Shown here: piece by piece, positions 28,358 through 37,217 of the stretch
How the letters are laid out: every line of letters begins with the position of its first letter
How positions within the stretch are numbered: position 1 is the first letter of the stretch
Assembly: GCA_965221775.1 (NCBI GenBank)
Contig: CBDCSU010000006.1
Span: 1,472,001 to 1,536,000, forward strand
Reading direction: 5' to 3'
DNA: 64,000 nt
From: Candidatus Latescibacterota bacterium
GTDB taxonomy: Bacteria > Latescibacterota > UBA2968 > UBA8231
The notes under the pieces: generated by a model
The model's database searches: none
Seen by the model: only the letters and a program-made list of their open reading frames with translations
Told to the model about the DNA's origin: nothing
Position numbers and translations under genes: made by a program

Positions 28358-28951
28358 TTACAGGGTGCCCTTGGTGGAGGGCACGCCGGAGACGCGGTCG
28401 GAGCGCAGGGTGGCCATGTCGAGGGCGCGGCCCAGGGCCTTGAAGATCGCCTCGATGCCGTGGTGGTCGTCGGCGCCGCGGAGCAGGTCGACGTGCAGGT
28501 TCAGGCGCCCGTGGTCGGTGAAGGCGCGCAGGAACTCGGGGACGAGGGCCACGGGCAGGCCGCCCACGGAGCCGTCGCGGAAGGCGGCGTTGACGGCCAG
28601 GTAGGAGCGTCCGGAGAGGTCGACCACAGCCCGGGCGAGGGCGTCGTCCATGGGGACGTAGGCGTGGCCGAAGCGCTGGATGCCGGCCTTGTCGCCGAGA
28701 GCCTCGCCCAGGGCTTGGCCGAGGCAGATGCCGACGTCCTCGACGCTGTGGTGGGCGTCGACGTCGAGATCGCCGCGGCAGGTGAGGGTGAGGTCGAAGA
28801 GGCCGTGGCGGGTGAAGGCGTGGAGCATGTGGTCGAAGAAGCCGACGCCGGTGCTGGCCTCGCAGCGGCCGGTGCCGTCGAGGACGAGGGTGAGGTCGAT
28901 CTCGGTCTCGGAGGTGCGTCGCTCGACGCGGGCGCGGCGGGCGCCGCTCAC
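28358..28951 (-). CDS. hisB: Imidazoleglycerol-phosphate dehydratase
   Basis: RRTSETEI...TGVGFFDHML...DAHHSVEDVGI...PMDDAL...DDHHGIEAIFKA...PSTKGTL. Confidence 0.96.
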   Translation of the reverse strand: MSGARRARVERRTSETEIDLTLVLDGTGRCEASTGVGFFDHMLHAFTRHGLFDLTLTCRGDLDVDAHHSVEDVGICLGQALGEALGDKAGIQRFGHAYVPMDDALARAVVDLSGRSYLAVNAAFRDGSVGGLPVALVPEFLRAFTDHGRLNLHVDLLRGADDHHGIEAIFKALGRALDMATLRSDRVSGVPSTKGTL

Positions 28952-30270
28952 GGCGAGCCCTCCCGGCTCCAGGCTTGGAGACGGACCTCGACGGCGCGGG
29001 CGTGGGCCTCGAACCCCTCGGCGCGCGCCAGGCGGGTGACGTCGGCGGCGGCGGCGCGCAGGCGCTGGGGCGTCCAGGCGACGACGCTGGTGGCCTTGAC
29101 GAAGTCGGAAAGGCCGAGGGAGGAGGAGAACCGGGCGGCGCCGTTGGTGGGCAGGACGTGGTTGGTGCCGGCGTAGTAGTCGCCCACGGGCTCGGTGGAT
29201 GCCTCGCCGAGGAAGACGGCGCCGGCGTTGCGGACGCGCTCGAGCCACTCCCAGGGCTCGGCGACGAGCAGCTCCAGGTGCTCGGGGGCGAGGCGATTCA
29301 CCAGCTCGACGCCGGTCCGAAGGTCGGGGACGACGACGACGACGCCGTAGCGCGACAGGGCGCGGTCCACGGCGTCGAGGCGCGGCAGGGCCGCCTTCTG
29401 GCGCTCCACCTCGTCGCGCACGGCGCGGGCCAAGTCGGCGGAGGGGGTGATGCAGAGGGCGGCCTCGAAGCCGGAACCGTGCTCGGCCTGGGAAAGCAGG
29501 TCGGCGGCGATGAAGGCGGGAGATGCGGTGTCGTCGGCGAGCACGGCGATCTCCGACGGGCCGGGGACCATCTCGATGCCGACGAGGCCGTAGACCTGGC
29601 GCTTGGCGGCGACGGTGTAGGGGCCGCCGGGGCCGACGATCTTGTCGACGGCGGGGACGGTGCCGGTGCCGTGAGCGAGGGCCGCCACCGCCTGGGCGCC
29701 GCCGATGGCGTAGACCTCGTCGAGGCCGAGGAAGCCGGCGGCGGCGAGCAGCCCGGGGTGGGGCAGGCCCGAGGGCAGGGGCGGGGTGACGACGCAGATC
29801 TCGTCGACGCCGGCGACCTGCGCGGGGACGGCGGCCATGAGGAGGCTGGAGATGAGCGGCGCCTCGCCGCCGGGGACGCAGATGCCGACGCGGCGCAGGG
29901 GCGTGATGCGCCGGCCGAGGACGACGCCGTCGCCATCGTCGCGGAACCAGGTGTCGGCCTTCTGGGCCTCGTGGAAGGAGCGGATGTTGGCGGCGGCGCG
30001 CTCGATGGCGCCCATGAGGGCGGGATCGGCGGCGTTCAGGGCGTCGTGCAGGGCCTTCTGCGGCACGCGGAAGCGGCCCGGCGTGAGGCGCACCCCGTCG
30101 AAGCGGACGGTGTACTCGGCGACCGCCTCGTCGCCGCGGTCGCGCACGGCGGCGACGATGGCGGCGGCGGTCCTCTCGATGTCGGCGGGGATGGCGCCGC
30201 GCCGGCCGAGGACCTCGGCGAGACGGCCCTCCAGGGGGCCGCCGGTGGTGTAGTGGACGAGGTCGAGCAT
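28948..30270 (-). CDS. hisD: Histidinol dehydrogenase
   Basis: [53 protein letters not shown]. Confidence 0.96.
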   Translation of the reverse strand: MLDLVHYTTGGPLEGRLAEVLGRRGAIPADIERTAAAIVAAVRDRGDEAVAEYTVRFDGVRLTPGRFRVPQKALHDALNAADPALMGAIERAAANIRSFHEAQKADTWFRDDGDGVVLGRRITPLRRVGICVPGGEAPLISSLLMAAVPAQVAGVDEICVVTPPLPSGLPHPGLLAAAGFLGLDEVYAIGGAQAVAALAHGTGTVPAVDKIVGPGGPYTVAAKRQVYGLVGIEMVPGPSEIAVLADDTASPAFIAADLLSQAEHGSGFEAALCITPSADLARAVRDEVERQKAALPRLDAVDRALSRYGVVVVVPDLRTGVELVNRLAPEHLELLVAEPWEWLERVRNAGAVFLGEASTEPVGDYYAGTNHVLPTNGAARFSSSLGLSDFVKATSVVAWTPQRLRAAAADVTRLARAEGFEAHARAVEVRLQAWSREGSP

Positions 30271-30280
30271 GCCCGGGCCT

Positions 30281-31171
30281 TCAGTAGACGACCTTGTTGA
30301 GGGGGTACTCGATGATGCCCTCGGCGCCGCAGCGCTTGAGCCGCGGGATCAGGTCGCGGACGACGGTCTCGTCGGCGATGATCTCCACCGCCGCCCAGGC
30401 TTCGTCGGCCTGGCCGGAGACGGTGGGCGCGTGCAGGGCGGGCAGGTTCTGCATGACCTCGGCGAGGCGGTCGCGGGGGACGTTCATCTTCAGGCCCACC
30501 TTGGACTCGGCCTCCAGGGCGCCGAGGAGGAGGGTGAAGAGGTTCTCGGCCTTGCGCCGCTTCCAGCCGTCGGCCCAGGCGGCGTGGTTGGCGATGAAGC
30601 GGGTGGTGGACTCTAGCATGACCTCGACGACGCGCAGGCGGTTGGCGCGCAGGGAGGAGCCGGTCTCGGTGCAGTCGACGATGGCGTCGGCGACCCCGGG
30701 GATGCCGGCCTTGACCTCGGTCGTGCCCCAGGAGAACTCGACCTCGGCGTCGATGCCCCGGGCCTCGAGGAAACGGCGGGTGACGCCCACCAGCTCGGTG
30801 GCGATGCGCTTGCCGCGCAGGTCCTCCGCCGCCCGGATGGTAGAGTCCTCGGGGACGGCGATGACCCAGCGCATGGGCCGCGACGAGGTCTTGCTGTAGC
30901 GCAGCTCGCCGATCTCGTGGACGTCGGCTTCGCACTCCATGACCAGGTCGTGGCCGGTGACGCCCACGTCGACGACGCCGCGCTCGACATAGTGGGCGAT
31001 CTCCTGGGCGCGGAACATCATGCCCGACAACTCGGGGTCGTCGACCTCGGGCTCGTACGAGCGCGACGGCAGGTGGATGCGGTAGCCGGCGCGCTCGAAG
31101 AGGCGGAAGGTCGCCTGCTGCAGGCTGCCGGAGGGAAAGCCGATGCGCAGGCCGGGGGCGGACTCCGTCAT
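30281..31171 (-). CDS. hisG: ATP phosphoribosyltransferase (long form)
   Basis: RAQEIAHYVERG..DVGVTG, FSWGTTEVK, DAIVDCTETGSSLRANRL, C-terminal PTVS...GAEGIIEYPLNKVVY. Confidence 0.95.
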   Translation of the reverse strand: MTESAPGLRIGFPSGSLQQATFRLFERAGYRIHLPSRSYEPEVDDPELSGMMFRAQEIAHYVERGVVDVGVTGHDLVMECEADVHEIGELRYSKTSSRPMRWVIAVPEDSTIRAAEDLRGKRIATELVGVTRRFLEARGIDAEVEFSWGTTEVKAGIPGVADAIVDCTETGSSLRANRLRVVEVMLESTTRFIANHAAWADGWKRRKAENLFTLLLGALEAESKVGLKMNVPRDRLAEVMQNLPALHAPTVSGQADEAWAAVEIIADETVVRDLIPRLKRCGAEGIIEYPLNKVVY

Positions 31172-32106
31172 CCGGAGACCCGCGCGCCCGGGGCCGCCGC
31201 GGCCCCGGCGGCGAGGTTGTCGAGGGCACGGCCGGCCTCGCGGCGGTCCTCGTCGGTGCCGCCTTCGGCGAGGCGGCGCAGGGCGGGAGCGGCCGACGGC
31301 GGCGGGCCCATCTGCTCCAGGGAGCGAACCGCCTTGGTGCGGATGCTCTGGTAGGAGTCCCCGAGGCTGGCCACGAGGGCCTCCTCGACGGCGGCGCGCT
31401 CGGCGCCGGCCAGGGGCCCGGGCGAGCGGGGGGCGCGGCCGACGGCGGCCTGGCCGAGGGTCTGGACGGCGACGTGGCGCACCTTGGCCTCCTGGTCGCC
31501 GGCGAGGCGTATCAGGCCGTCGACCATGCCCTCGTACCCGAGGTGGCGGGCGCTGCCGAGGGCGGCGATGCGGATGCCGGGGACGGGGTCGTGGAAGGCG
31601 CGCTCGATCACCCCCCGCACGGAGTCGCCGAGGGCGGCGTGGAGGGTGTCGTCGAAGCAGGGGCCGAGGGCCTGCAGCACCGGCTTGCGGAGGATCTTGG
31701 ACGGGGTCTCCGCGAACCGCAGGAGCGACGGCAGGGCTTTCTTCGCCTTCATCTCCCCCAGACCCCAGGCGGCGTACGCGGCGACGTTGTAGGAGTCGTC
31801 GTCGAGGAGGCGGATGAGGGCGTCGGTGGCCCGGGGGTCGCGCATGCGGCCGAGGAGGCGGGCGACCTCGAAACGCACCCGCTTGTACGAGGATTGGGTC
31901 TCCTGGATGAGGCGGGGCACGACGCGGTCGCCGTAGAGCAGGAGCTTGCCCGCCGCCTTCTCGCGGACCTCGGACTGGAGGCTGCGCAGCAGCTGGATCT
32001 GCGGCTCGGGGTCGGGCTTGGCGCAGGCCGCGACCAGGAGGGCGGCCAGGGCCACGAGGCCGACAGCCCCCGCCGCGCGGGCGATGTACCTGCTCTTCGC
32101 GTTCAT
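31168..32106 (-). CDS. HEAT-repeat lipoprotein
   Basis: Lipobox LVAAC; repeats RVRFEVARLLG, VAAYAAWGLG, IRTKAVRSLE. Confidence 0.75.
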   Translation of the reverse strand: MNAKSRYIARAAGAVGLVALAALLVAACAKPDPEPQIQLLRSLQSEVREKAAGKLLLYGDRVVPRLIQETQSSYKRVRFEVARLLGRMRDPRATDALIRLLDDDSYNVAAYAAWGLGEMKAKKALPSLLRFAETPSKILRKPVLQALGPCFDDTLHAALGDSVRGVIERAFHDPVPGIRIAALGSARHLGYEGMVDGLIRLAGDQEAKVRHVAVQTLGQAAVGRAPRSPGPLAGAERAAVEEALVASLGDSYQSIRTKAVRSLEQMGPPPSAAPALRRLAEGGTDEDRREAGRALDNLAAGAAAAPGARVSG

Positions 32107-32411
32107 GTATTCAACGATAAGGCTGCCCTCCAACAGAGTCCACGAGGGCCGGCGCCGGGGGCGGGTCCCGCAGCAGGGACTCGCGCTCGTCGCAGCGGCG
32201 CAGGGCCGAGGCCGCCACCGAGGCCCATCCGGAGCCGGCGTAGGACTCCACCAGCCGCTGGTAGAGGGGGCGGGCGCGGCGGCGCCGGCGAGCCCCACTG
32301 CAAGGGGCGGGTAATCAGCCCCCTGGGTGGTAGGCAGCTTGACGTACCCGTACTATCTTATTGGCGGAGCAGTCAGGGATTCGGTTCCACTTGGTGATCC
32401 AGGGGTGGGAT

Positions 32412-32921
32412 ATGGTGTCCGAAACGACCAAGGAACTCTTGTGGCAGGGGCTTGTGGATGCCACGCACTTGTCCAGGTATTACGCCTATCTGACCAAGAG
32501 ACACATGAGTCGCCAAAGGTGGACAAGAGGAGGATTGCTCGTTTCTGCCATCCTTGGATTCTCCGGGCTATTCGAGGCAGTCCCTATCGGGGTTTCCGTG
32601 GTAGGCAACGTGGCTGTCGTCATCGTGGTCGTGATCGATTTCATGCACGACTATGGCCCCAAGGCAGCCACCTTGAACGCCACGAGCATCGTGTGCGCGA
32701 AGGTCGAAGATCAGCGACACGCACTATGGGCCGATGTGGTCGAGGATCGTATTGAAGAGGACAAGGCCAGGGAGATCAATTCCCAGTTGGAGCGCCTGAT
32801 CTCGGAGGCTGCGGTTGCACCGAGCTACTTGTCCGTAGAGCTCGACGACGATCTGAACCAAATCAGCTACGAGGAATCCACTGAGATGCTGAGAAGTCGC
32901 TATGCAATCAGCGAGGCGTAG
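32412..32921 (+). CDS. SLATT-like two-TM protein
   Basis: LWQGLVDA...RYY..L..R, two TMs (GGLLVSAILGFSGLF; VSVVGNVAVVIVVVIDF), DYGPKAATL, helical C-terminus; lower GC than the flanks. Confidence 0.6.
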   Translation: MVSETTKELLWQGLVDATHLSRYYAYLTKRHMSRQRWTRGGLLVSAILGFSGLFEAVPIGVSVVGNVAVVIVVVIDFMHDYGPKAATLNATSIVCAKVEDQRHALWADVVEDRIEEDKAREINSQLERLISEAAVAPSYLSVELDDDLNQISYEESTEMLRSRYAISEA

Positions 32922-33009
32922 TACGGAGAGGGCCTCAAGGCCGCCTCGCCCCCGGCCCCCCAATCAGCCTCCGCCCCCCAAGCCACCGCCGAAGCCGCCG
33001 AGGACGTAG
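32902..33009 (+). CDS. Putative 35-aa Pro/Arg-rich micropeptide overlapping the SLATT-like gene end
   Basis: Manual translation MQSARRSTERASRPPRPRPPNQPPPPKPPPKPPRT*. Confidence 0.4.
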   Translation: MQSARRSTERASRPPRPRPPNQPPPPKPPPKPPRT

Positions 33010-33168
33010 GAGCCAAGGAGTAGCGACAACCCAACGAGCGTTGGTCGTTCTCGGGGCTCAAGCTTCTCGGCCCGGCCCGCCCGGGCGGGCCGGATCTCCA
33101 GACAGATCGCGCTAGCCCGCGTCGCAGATTGATCCGTAGGACGCTACGCCTTCCTGGCAGGCGGCGGC

Positions 33169-34173
33169 TCAGAAGCCGACCGGCGGCAGCTCGCCGTAGG
33201 GAGGCGTCCGCAGCGGCTGGTCGAAGGGGTAGAGGAATCCGCACAGGAGGGCGCCCAGGAGCATGAGCGCCAGGTACCAGGCGAGGACGCGGCGGCCGAA
33301 GACGGCGCCGAGGGTGCCCACGGTGTGGAGCTTGGTGGCCGGGCCGGCGATGAAGAAGGCGAGAGCGGCGCCGGGAGCCATGCCCATGCGGACCATGGTC
33401 TCGACGATGGGGATGGCGGCGCCGCCGCAGGCGTAGAGGGGCACGCCGAGGGCGACGGCGGCGGGCACCGACCAGCGGTTGCCGGCGCCGAGGACGGCGC
33501 GGATCATCTCGGGCGTGAGGAAGGTGGAAACGAGGGCGGCGAGGAAGATGCCGAGGGCGAACCACCGGGAGATGAAGGAGAGGTCGCGGGCGAAGCGCCG
33601 CCAGAGGGCGGGAGCGGGGGCGGCGGCGGCCGGGCCGGAGCCGCCGGCCACGGCGAAGGGGGCGGTACCGAGACCGGCGAGCCACCCGCGGCTCTGCAGG
33701 GCGGCGGTGCCGAAGCCGGCGGCCAGGCCGATGCCGAGGGCGGTGACCGTGCGCGCCACGGCCATCTCGAGGCCGAGGGCGCCCAGGGTGTAGGTGAAGA
33801 GGGCGGGGTTCATGAGCGGTGAGGCGAAGAGGAAGGCCATCATCGGCGGCGCCGGGCACCCGGCGCCCATGACCCGGGAGGCGACGGGGATGGCGGCGAA
33901 GGTGCACAAGGGGGAGACGAGGCCGATGAGGGAGGCGCCGACGACCGAGCCGCGGCGGTGGCGGGAGAGCAGCTCGCCGAGGCGGGTGCGGGGCAGGTAG
34001 TGGGAGGCGAGGGCGCTCAGGGCGGCGCCGCCCAGCACCCAGGGCCACAGCTCGGCGGCGAGCTCGAAGAAGCCGATGCCGACGGCGCCGGTGCGCGTGC
34101 CCGGCAGCTCGTCGCGGCACCAGTCGGCGGCGTAGTAGAGCCAGTAGGAGGGATCGAGTTCGTACCAGCGCAT
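33169..34173 (-). CDS. Permease (ArsP/DUF318-like)
   Basis: SPLCTFAAIP, FLFASPLMNP, GVPLYACGGAAIP, AFFIAGPAT; multiple TMs. Confidence 0.8.
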   Translation of the reverse strand: MRWYELDPSYWLYYAADWCRDELPGTRTGAVGIGFFELAAELWPWVLGGAALSALASHYLPRTRLGELLSRHRRGSVVGASLIGLVSPLCTFAAIPVASRVMGAGCPAPPMMAFLFASPLMNPALFTYTLGALGLEMAVARTVTALGIGLAAGFGTAALQSRGWLAGLGTAPFAVAGGSGPAAAAPAPALWRRFARDLSFISRWFALGIFLAALVSTFLTPEMIRAVLGAGNRWSVPAAVALGVPLYACGGAAIPIVETMVRMGMAPGAALAFFIAGPATKLHTVGTLGAVFGRRVLAWYLALMLLGALLCGFLYPFDQPLRTPPYGELPPVGF

Positions 34174-34349
34174 CTCGGGCGCGGCCGCCGGGGCGAAGGC
34201 CCGGAACTCTCGGGAGATCTAGGATTCTACAGGGAGACGCCGCCGCTCAGGAACCTACGCAGCGGCCGTTGGTGTGTCATCTTGAGATTTGGGGGGGGAC
34301 TTGCCTCCCCGGGGTGGCGCAGATGCAACTACGGAATCCAGAACGAAGA

Positions 34350-34389
34350 AGAGCCCGCGCTCCAGCTATCGAGCGTGGGCTCTCTTTCT
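34350..34389. terminator. Intrinsic terminator, probably bidirectional
   Basis: GAGCCCGCGCTC-8 nt-GAGCGTGGGCTC flanked by AAGAA and TCTTTCT. Confidence 0.7.
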
Positions 34390-34398
34390 AGTCTTGCC

Positions 34399-34592
34399 TC
34401 ACGGACCGGGACCCGGAGGCCCACCTGGCGGCTGGCTAAGCGGGGTGCCTTGGGTAGACTTCAGACCTACCCCCTCGAGCAACCCCTCGATGCGGGCCAC
34501 GCGGCGGTCGACGTCCGCGATATCCTGCGCCATACATAGAGCACGACAGCGATGATAGCGGTAGGCTCTACCCAGAAAGGAAGATCGCTCAA
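34399..34592 (-). pseudogene. Small membrane/coiled-coil gene, apparently frameshifted
   Basis: AGGAGG-7 nt-TTG: LSDLPFWVEPTAIIAVVLYVW; the natural-looking continuation DIADVDRRVARIEGLLEG is in another frame. Confidence 0.45.
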
Positions 34593-34843
34593 GAGACCAC
34601 CTCCTGGATATTGAACTCCCGGGCGATCGCCTCGTGAGAGAACCCGGCTTGCAGACACCACCGGATAGCTGCATCTCGGGAGGGCAACACATAGATGCGC
34701 CCGGCCCCAGCGTCGTACTTCAGGTAATAAGGCGAGTGCTTATAGAGACGATCACCGGATGGAGCTCCCATGATGGGATTCAATCTGTCAGGATCCACGG
34801 CGATGAAGCTGCCATCCGGCAACTCGATGATCAATCGGCTCAT
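34589..34843 (-). CDS. Hypothetical protein (84 aa)
   Basis: AAGGGA before ATG; globular-looking sequence; stop overlaps the next TTG start. Confidence 0.5.
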   Translation of the reverse strand: MSRLIIELPDGSFIAVDPDRLNPIMGAPSGDRLYKHSPYYLKYDAGAGRIYVLPSRDAAIRWCLQAGFSHEAIAREFNIQEVVS

Positions 34844-35132
34844 GTCCCTTGCTCTGTCTCGCCTCCACCCCCGGCTGATCTCTCGACGCCCAGCCGGCGT
34901 CCGCTACTTCGCCCGGCCCTACCTCCCGCCTGCGCGGCTGCTGCTCTCACAGCTCGGTGCGGGCTCTCGGGCGACTCTTCGACCTCGCCGACGACCCGAC
35001 CCAGCGGGCTGGTGAACATGGACGTTGGTAGTCTACCACCCGCTTACCCGGCTGTCCAGCTTTCCAGCTCCCGGAGAGATCTACCGGGCCCGAGGATTCC
35101 AGGATTGACGGACCGCCCAGCGGCCCGGCGCT

Positions 35133-35162
35133 TTGACAACCGGAGAAAAGGCCGGTTAGGTT
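35133..35162 (+). promoter_or_regulatory. Putative sigma70 promoter of the TPR-rdgB-ABC operon
   Basis: TTGACA-18 nt-TAGGTT. Confidence 0.5.
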
Positions 35163-35213
35163 GAACCGGTTTCCACCCTCGCACCCCACCACCCGAGCAC
35201 GGAATCACCGAAA

Positions 35214-36599
35214 ATGACTGCGAGCAGATATCCCCGTACCCGGGCCCGCGCCCTGGCCGCGGCCCTGGGGATGGCGGCCCTCGCGTGGGCGGCCGCCGCC
35301 GCGGCCCAGCCGGACGAGGCGATCGTGCGCTACCGCGCCGGCTACGAACTCCTGATGAAGCGGGACTTCCGCAACGCCGCCATCGAGCTGGAGGCGGCGG
35401 CGGCGATCGACTCCACGTACGACGTGGCGCTCTACGCCCTGAGCCGGGCCCACGGGTTCCTCGGCAACTACATCAAGGCGGCCGACGCCTTGCAGGCGGC
35501 CCTGCGCCACGGCCTGCAAAAGCCGCCGGACAGGGCCCCCCGGTCCTATGTCGACTCGCTGCGCAAGGCGCTGCAGCCCGAGGCCTTCAATCCTCTCTCG
35601 AATTACCGGGGCATGCTGGGCGCAAATTACCACCGGAGCTGGATCGACTCGCTCAGGGCCTCCCGCTACCAGAGCTATGCCGTGGGTCTGGCCGACTTCC
35701 ATTACAGGGGCGGGTTGGTCTCCCGCCAGCAGCGGCGCTTCGGAGAGGCGATCGAGCACCTGGAGCTGTCCCTTCACAACCGACCTACCGACGCCTGGCT
35801 CGACTCCCTCGATGCGGCCTTCGCCGGTCCGCTGCGCCTCCTCCGTGAAGGCGAAGCGCGGCCGGCCTGGATCGACTCGCTGGAGACGGCGCGGGAGCTC
35901 GGCATCCGACACCGCCGGCACCGGGCCCAGACCTACTACACGATCGCTCTGTGCCACCTGAGCCTGCGCCAGCCGGACCGGGCCGCTTCCGCCTTGCGGC
36001 AGGCGATCGCCGTCTACCCCACCTACCCCTGGCCGTACGTCTCCCTCGGACGCATCCACCGCCAGCGCGGCGAGCTGCGGCAGGCGGCGCAGATGTACGA
36101 GAAGGCGGTCGCCGCGGACGGCTCCATCGTGCAGGCCTATTCCGGACTGGCCCGGGTGCGCCTCGACTCCGAGGACCTGGAGGGAGCGGTGAAGGCGCTG
36201 GAGAAGGCGGTCGCCGTCGACCCGGAGTACGCCGACGGCCTGGTGCTGCTCGGAACCACCCTCAACCACCTGCAGCGCTACGAGTCGGCGGTGGCGGCGC
36301 TGAAGAAGGCCGTCGAGGTCGATCCCAAGAACGCCGAGGCCCACTACCGGCTGGGCGAGGCCTACTACGGCACCGGGCAGGCGCGCCCGGCGGCCGGGGC
36401 GGCCCAGCAGGCGGTGCGCCGGCAGAAGGACTTCTACGCCGCCATGGTGGTGCTCGCCGACGCCCACCTCGACCTCGGGCAGACCGACCAGGCCCGCACC
36501 TGGTACCAGCGGGCGAGCAAGGACAGCCGCCAGCGCGACTACTGCAACCACAAGCTCCAGGAGCTGGAAGCGGCCGAGGCCGCGGCCGAAGGGCGCTAG
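35214..36599 (+). CDS. Secreted tetratricopeptide-repeat protein
   Basis: Signal peptide; repeats such as LEKAVAVDPEYADGLVLLG and LKKAVEVDPKNAEAHYRLGEAYY. Confidence 0.85.
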   Translation: MTASRYPRTRARALAAALGMAALAWAAAAAAQPDEAIVRYRAGYELLMKRDFRNAAIELEAAAAIDSTYDVALYALSRAHGFLGNYIKAADALQAALRHGLQKPPDRAPRSYVDSLRKALQPEAFNPLSNYRGMLGANYHRSWIDSLRASRYQSYAVGLADFHYRGGLVSRQQRRFGEAIEHLELSLHNRPTDAWLDSLDAAFAGPLRLLREGEARPAWIDSLETARELGIRHRRHRAQTYYTIALCHLSLRQPDRAASALRQAIAVYPTYPWPYVSLGRIHRQRGELRQAAQMYEKAVAADGSIVQAYSGLARVRLDSEDLEGAVKALEKAVAVDPEYADGLVLLGTTLNHLQRYESAVAALKKAVEVDPKNAEAHYRLGEAYYGTGQARPAAGAAQQAVRRQKDFYAAMVVLADAHLDLGQTDQARTWYQRASKDSRQRDYCNHKLQELEAAEAAAEGR

Positions 36600-36606
36600 C
36601 CGCGCC

Positions 36607-37212
36607 GTGGTGCTGGTCGCCACGGGCAACCCCGGCAAGCTCGCCGAGTTCCGCCGCCTGCTGAGGGGCATCCGGACGGTCTCGCCGGCCGAGCGCGGCC
36701 TGCAGGGGCTGAACGTCGCCGAGACGGGCTCCACCTTCCACGAGAACGCCCTGCTCAAGGCGCGGGCCTGGGCCGAGGCCTCCGGCCTCGTGAGCCTGGC
36801 CGACGACTCCGGCCTGGAGGTCGACGCCCTCGGCGGCGCCCCCGGGGTGCTCTCGGCGCGCTACGGCGGCGAGGGCCTCGACGACGGCGGCCGCTGCCGG
36901 CGGCTGCTGCGGGCGCTGGACGGCGTCCCCCCCCGAGAGCGCGGCGCCCGTTTCCGCTGCTGCCTGGCGGCGGCGTCCCCCGACGGGCGGCTGGCCACGG
37001 CCGAAGGCGTGTGCGAGGGGCGGATCCTCGAGGCGCCGGTGGGCCGCGGCGGCTTCGGCTACGATCCCGTGTTCCACGCCGCGGAGGCCGGTCGCGGCAT
37101 GGCCGAGCTGAGCGCCGACGAGAAGGGGGCGATCAGCCACCGGGGCCGGGCCCTGAACGCCATCCGCCCGCTGCTGCTGGAGCGCTTTCCGGAGATCGCC
37201 GACCGGCCCTGA
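36607..37212 (+). CDS. rdgB: Non-canonical purine NTP pyrophosphatase (Ham1)
   Basis: ATGNPGKLAE, ETGSTFHENALLKA, ADDSGL, GFGYDPVF, SHRGRAL. Confidence 0.93.
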   Translation: MVLVATGNPGKLAEFRRLLRGIRTVSPAERGLQGLNVAETGSTFHENALLKARAWAEASGLVSLADDSGLEVDALGGAPGVLSARYGGEGLDDGGRCRRLLRALDGVPPRERGARFRCCLAAASPDGRLATAEGVCEGRILEAPVGRGGFGYDPVFHAAEAGRGMAELSADEKGAISHRGRALNAIRPLLLERFPEIADRP

Positions 37213-37217
37213 GCCCG

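Noticed and set aside
28358-31171. Missing hisC between hisD and hisB
   Set aside because: Split his operons are common; the genes overlap cleanly with no deletion scar.
34870-35030. Plus-strand LFDLADDP stretch resembling a sulfatase C-terminus
   Set aside because: Too short, frame-broken and without a start; cannot be supported without a search.
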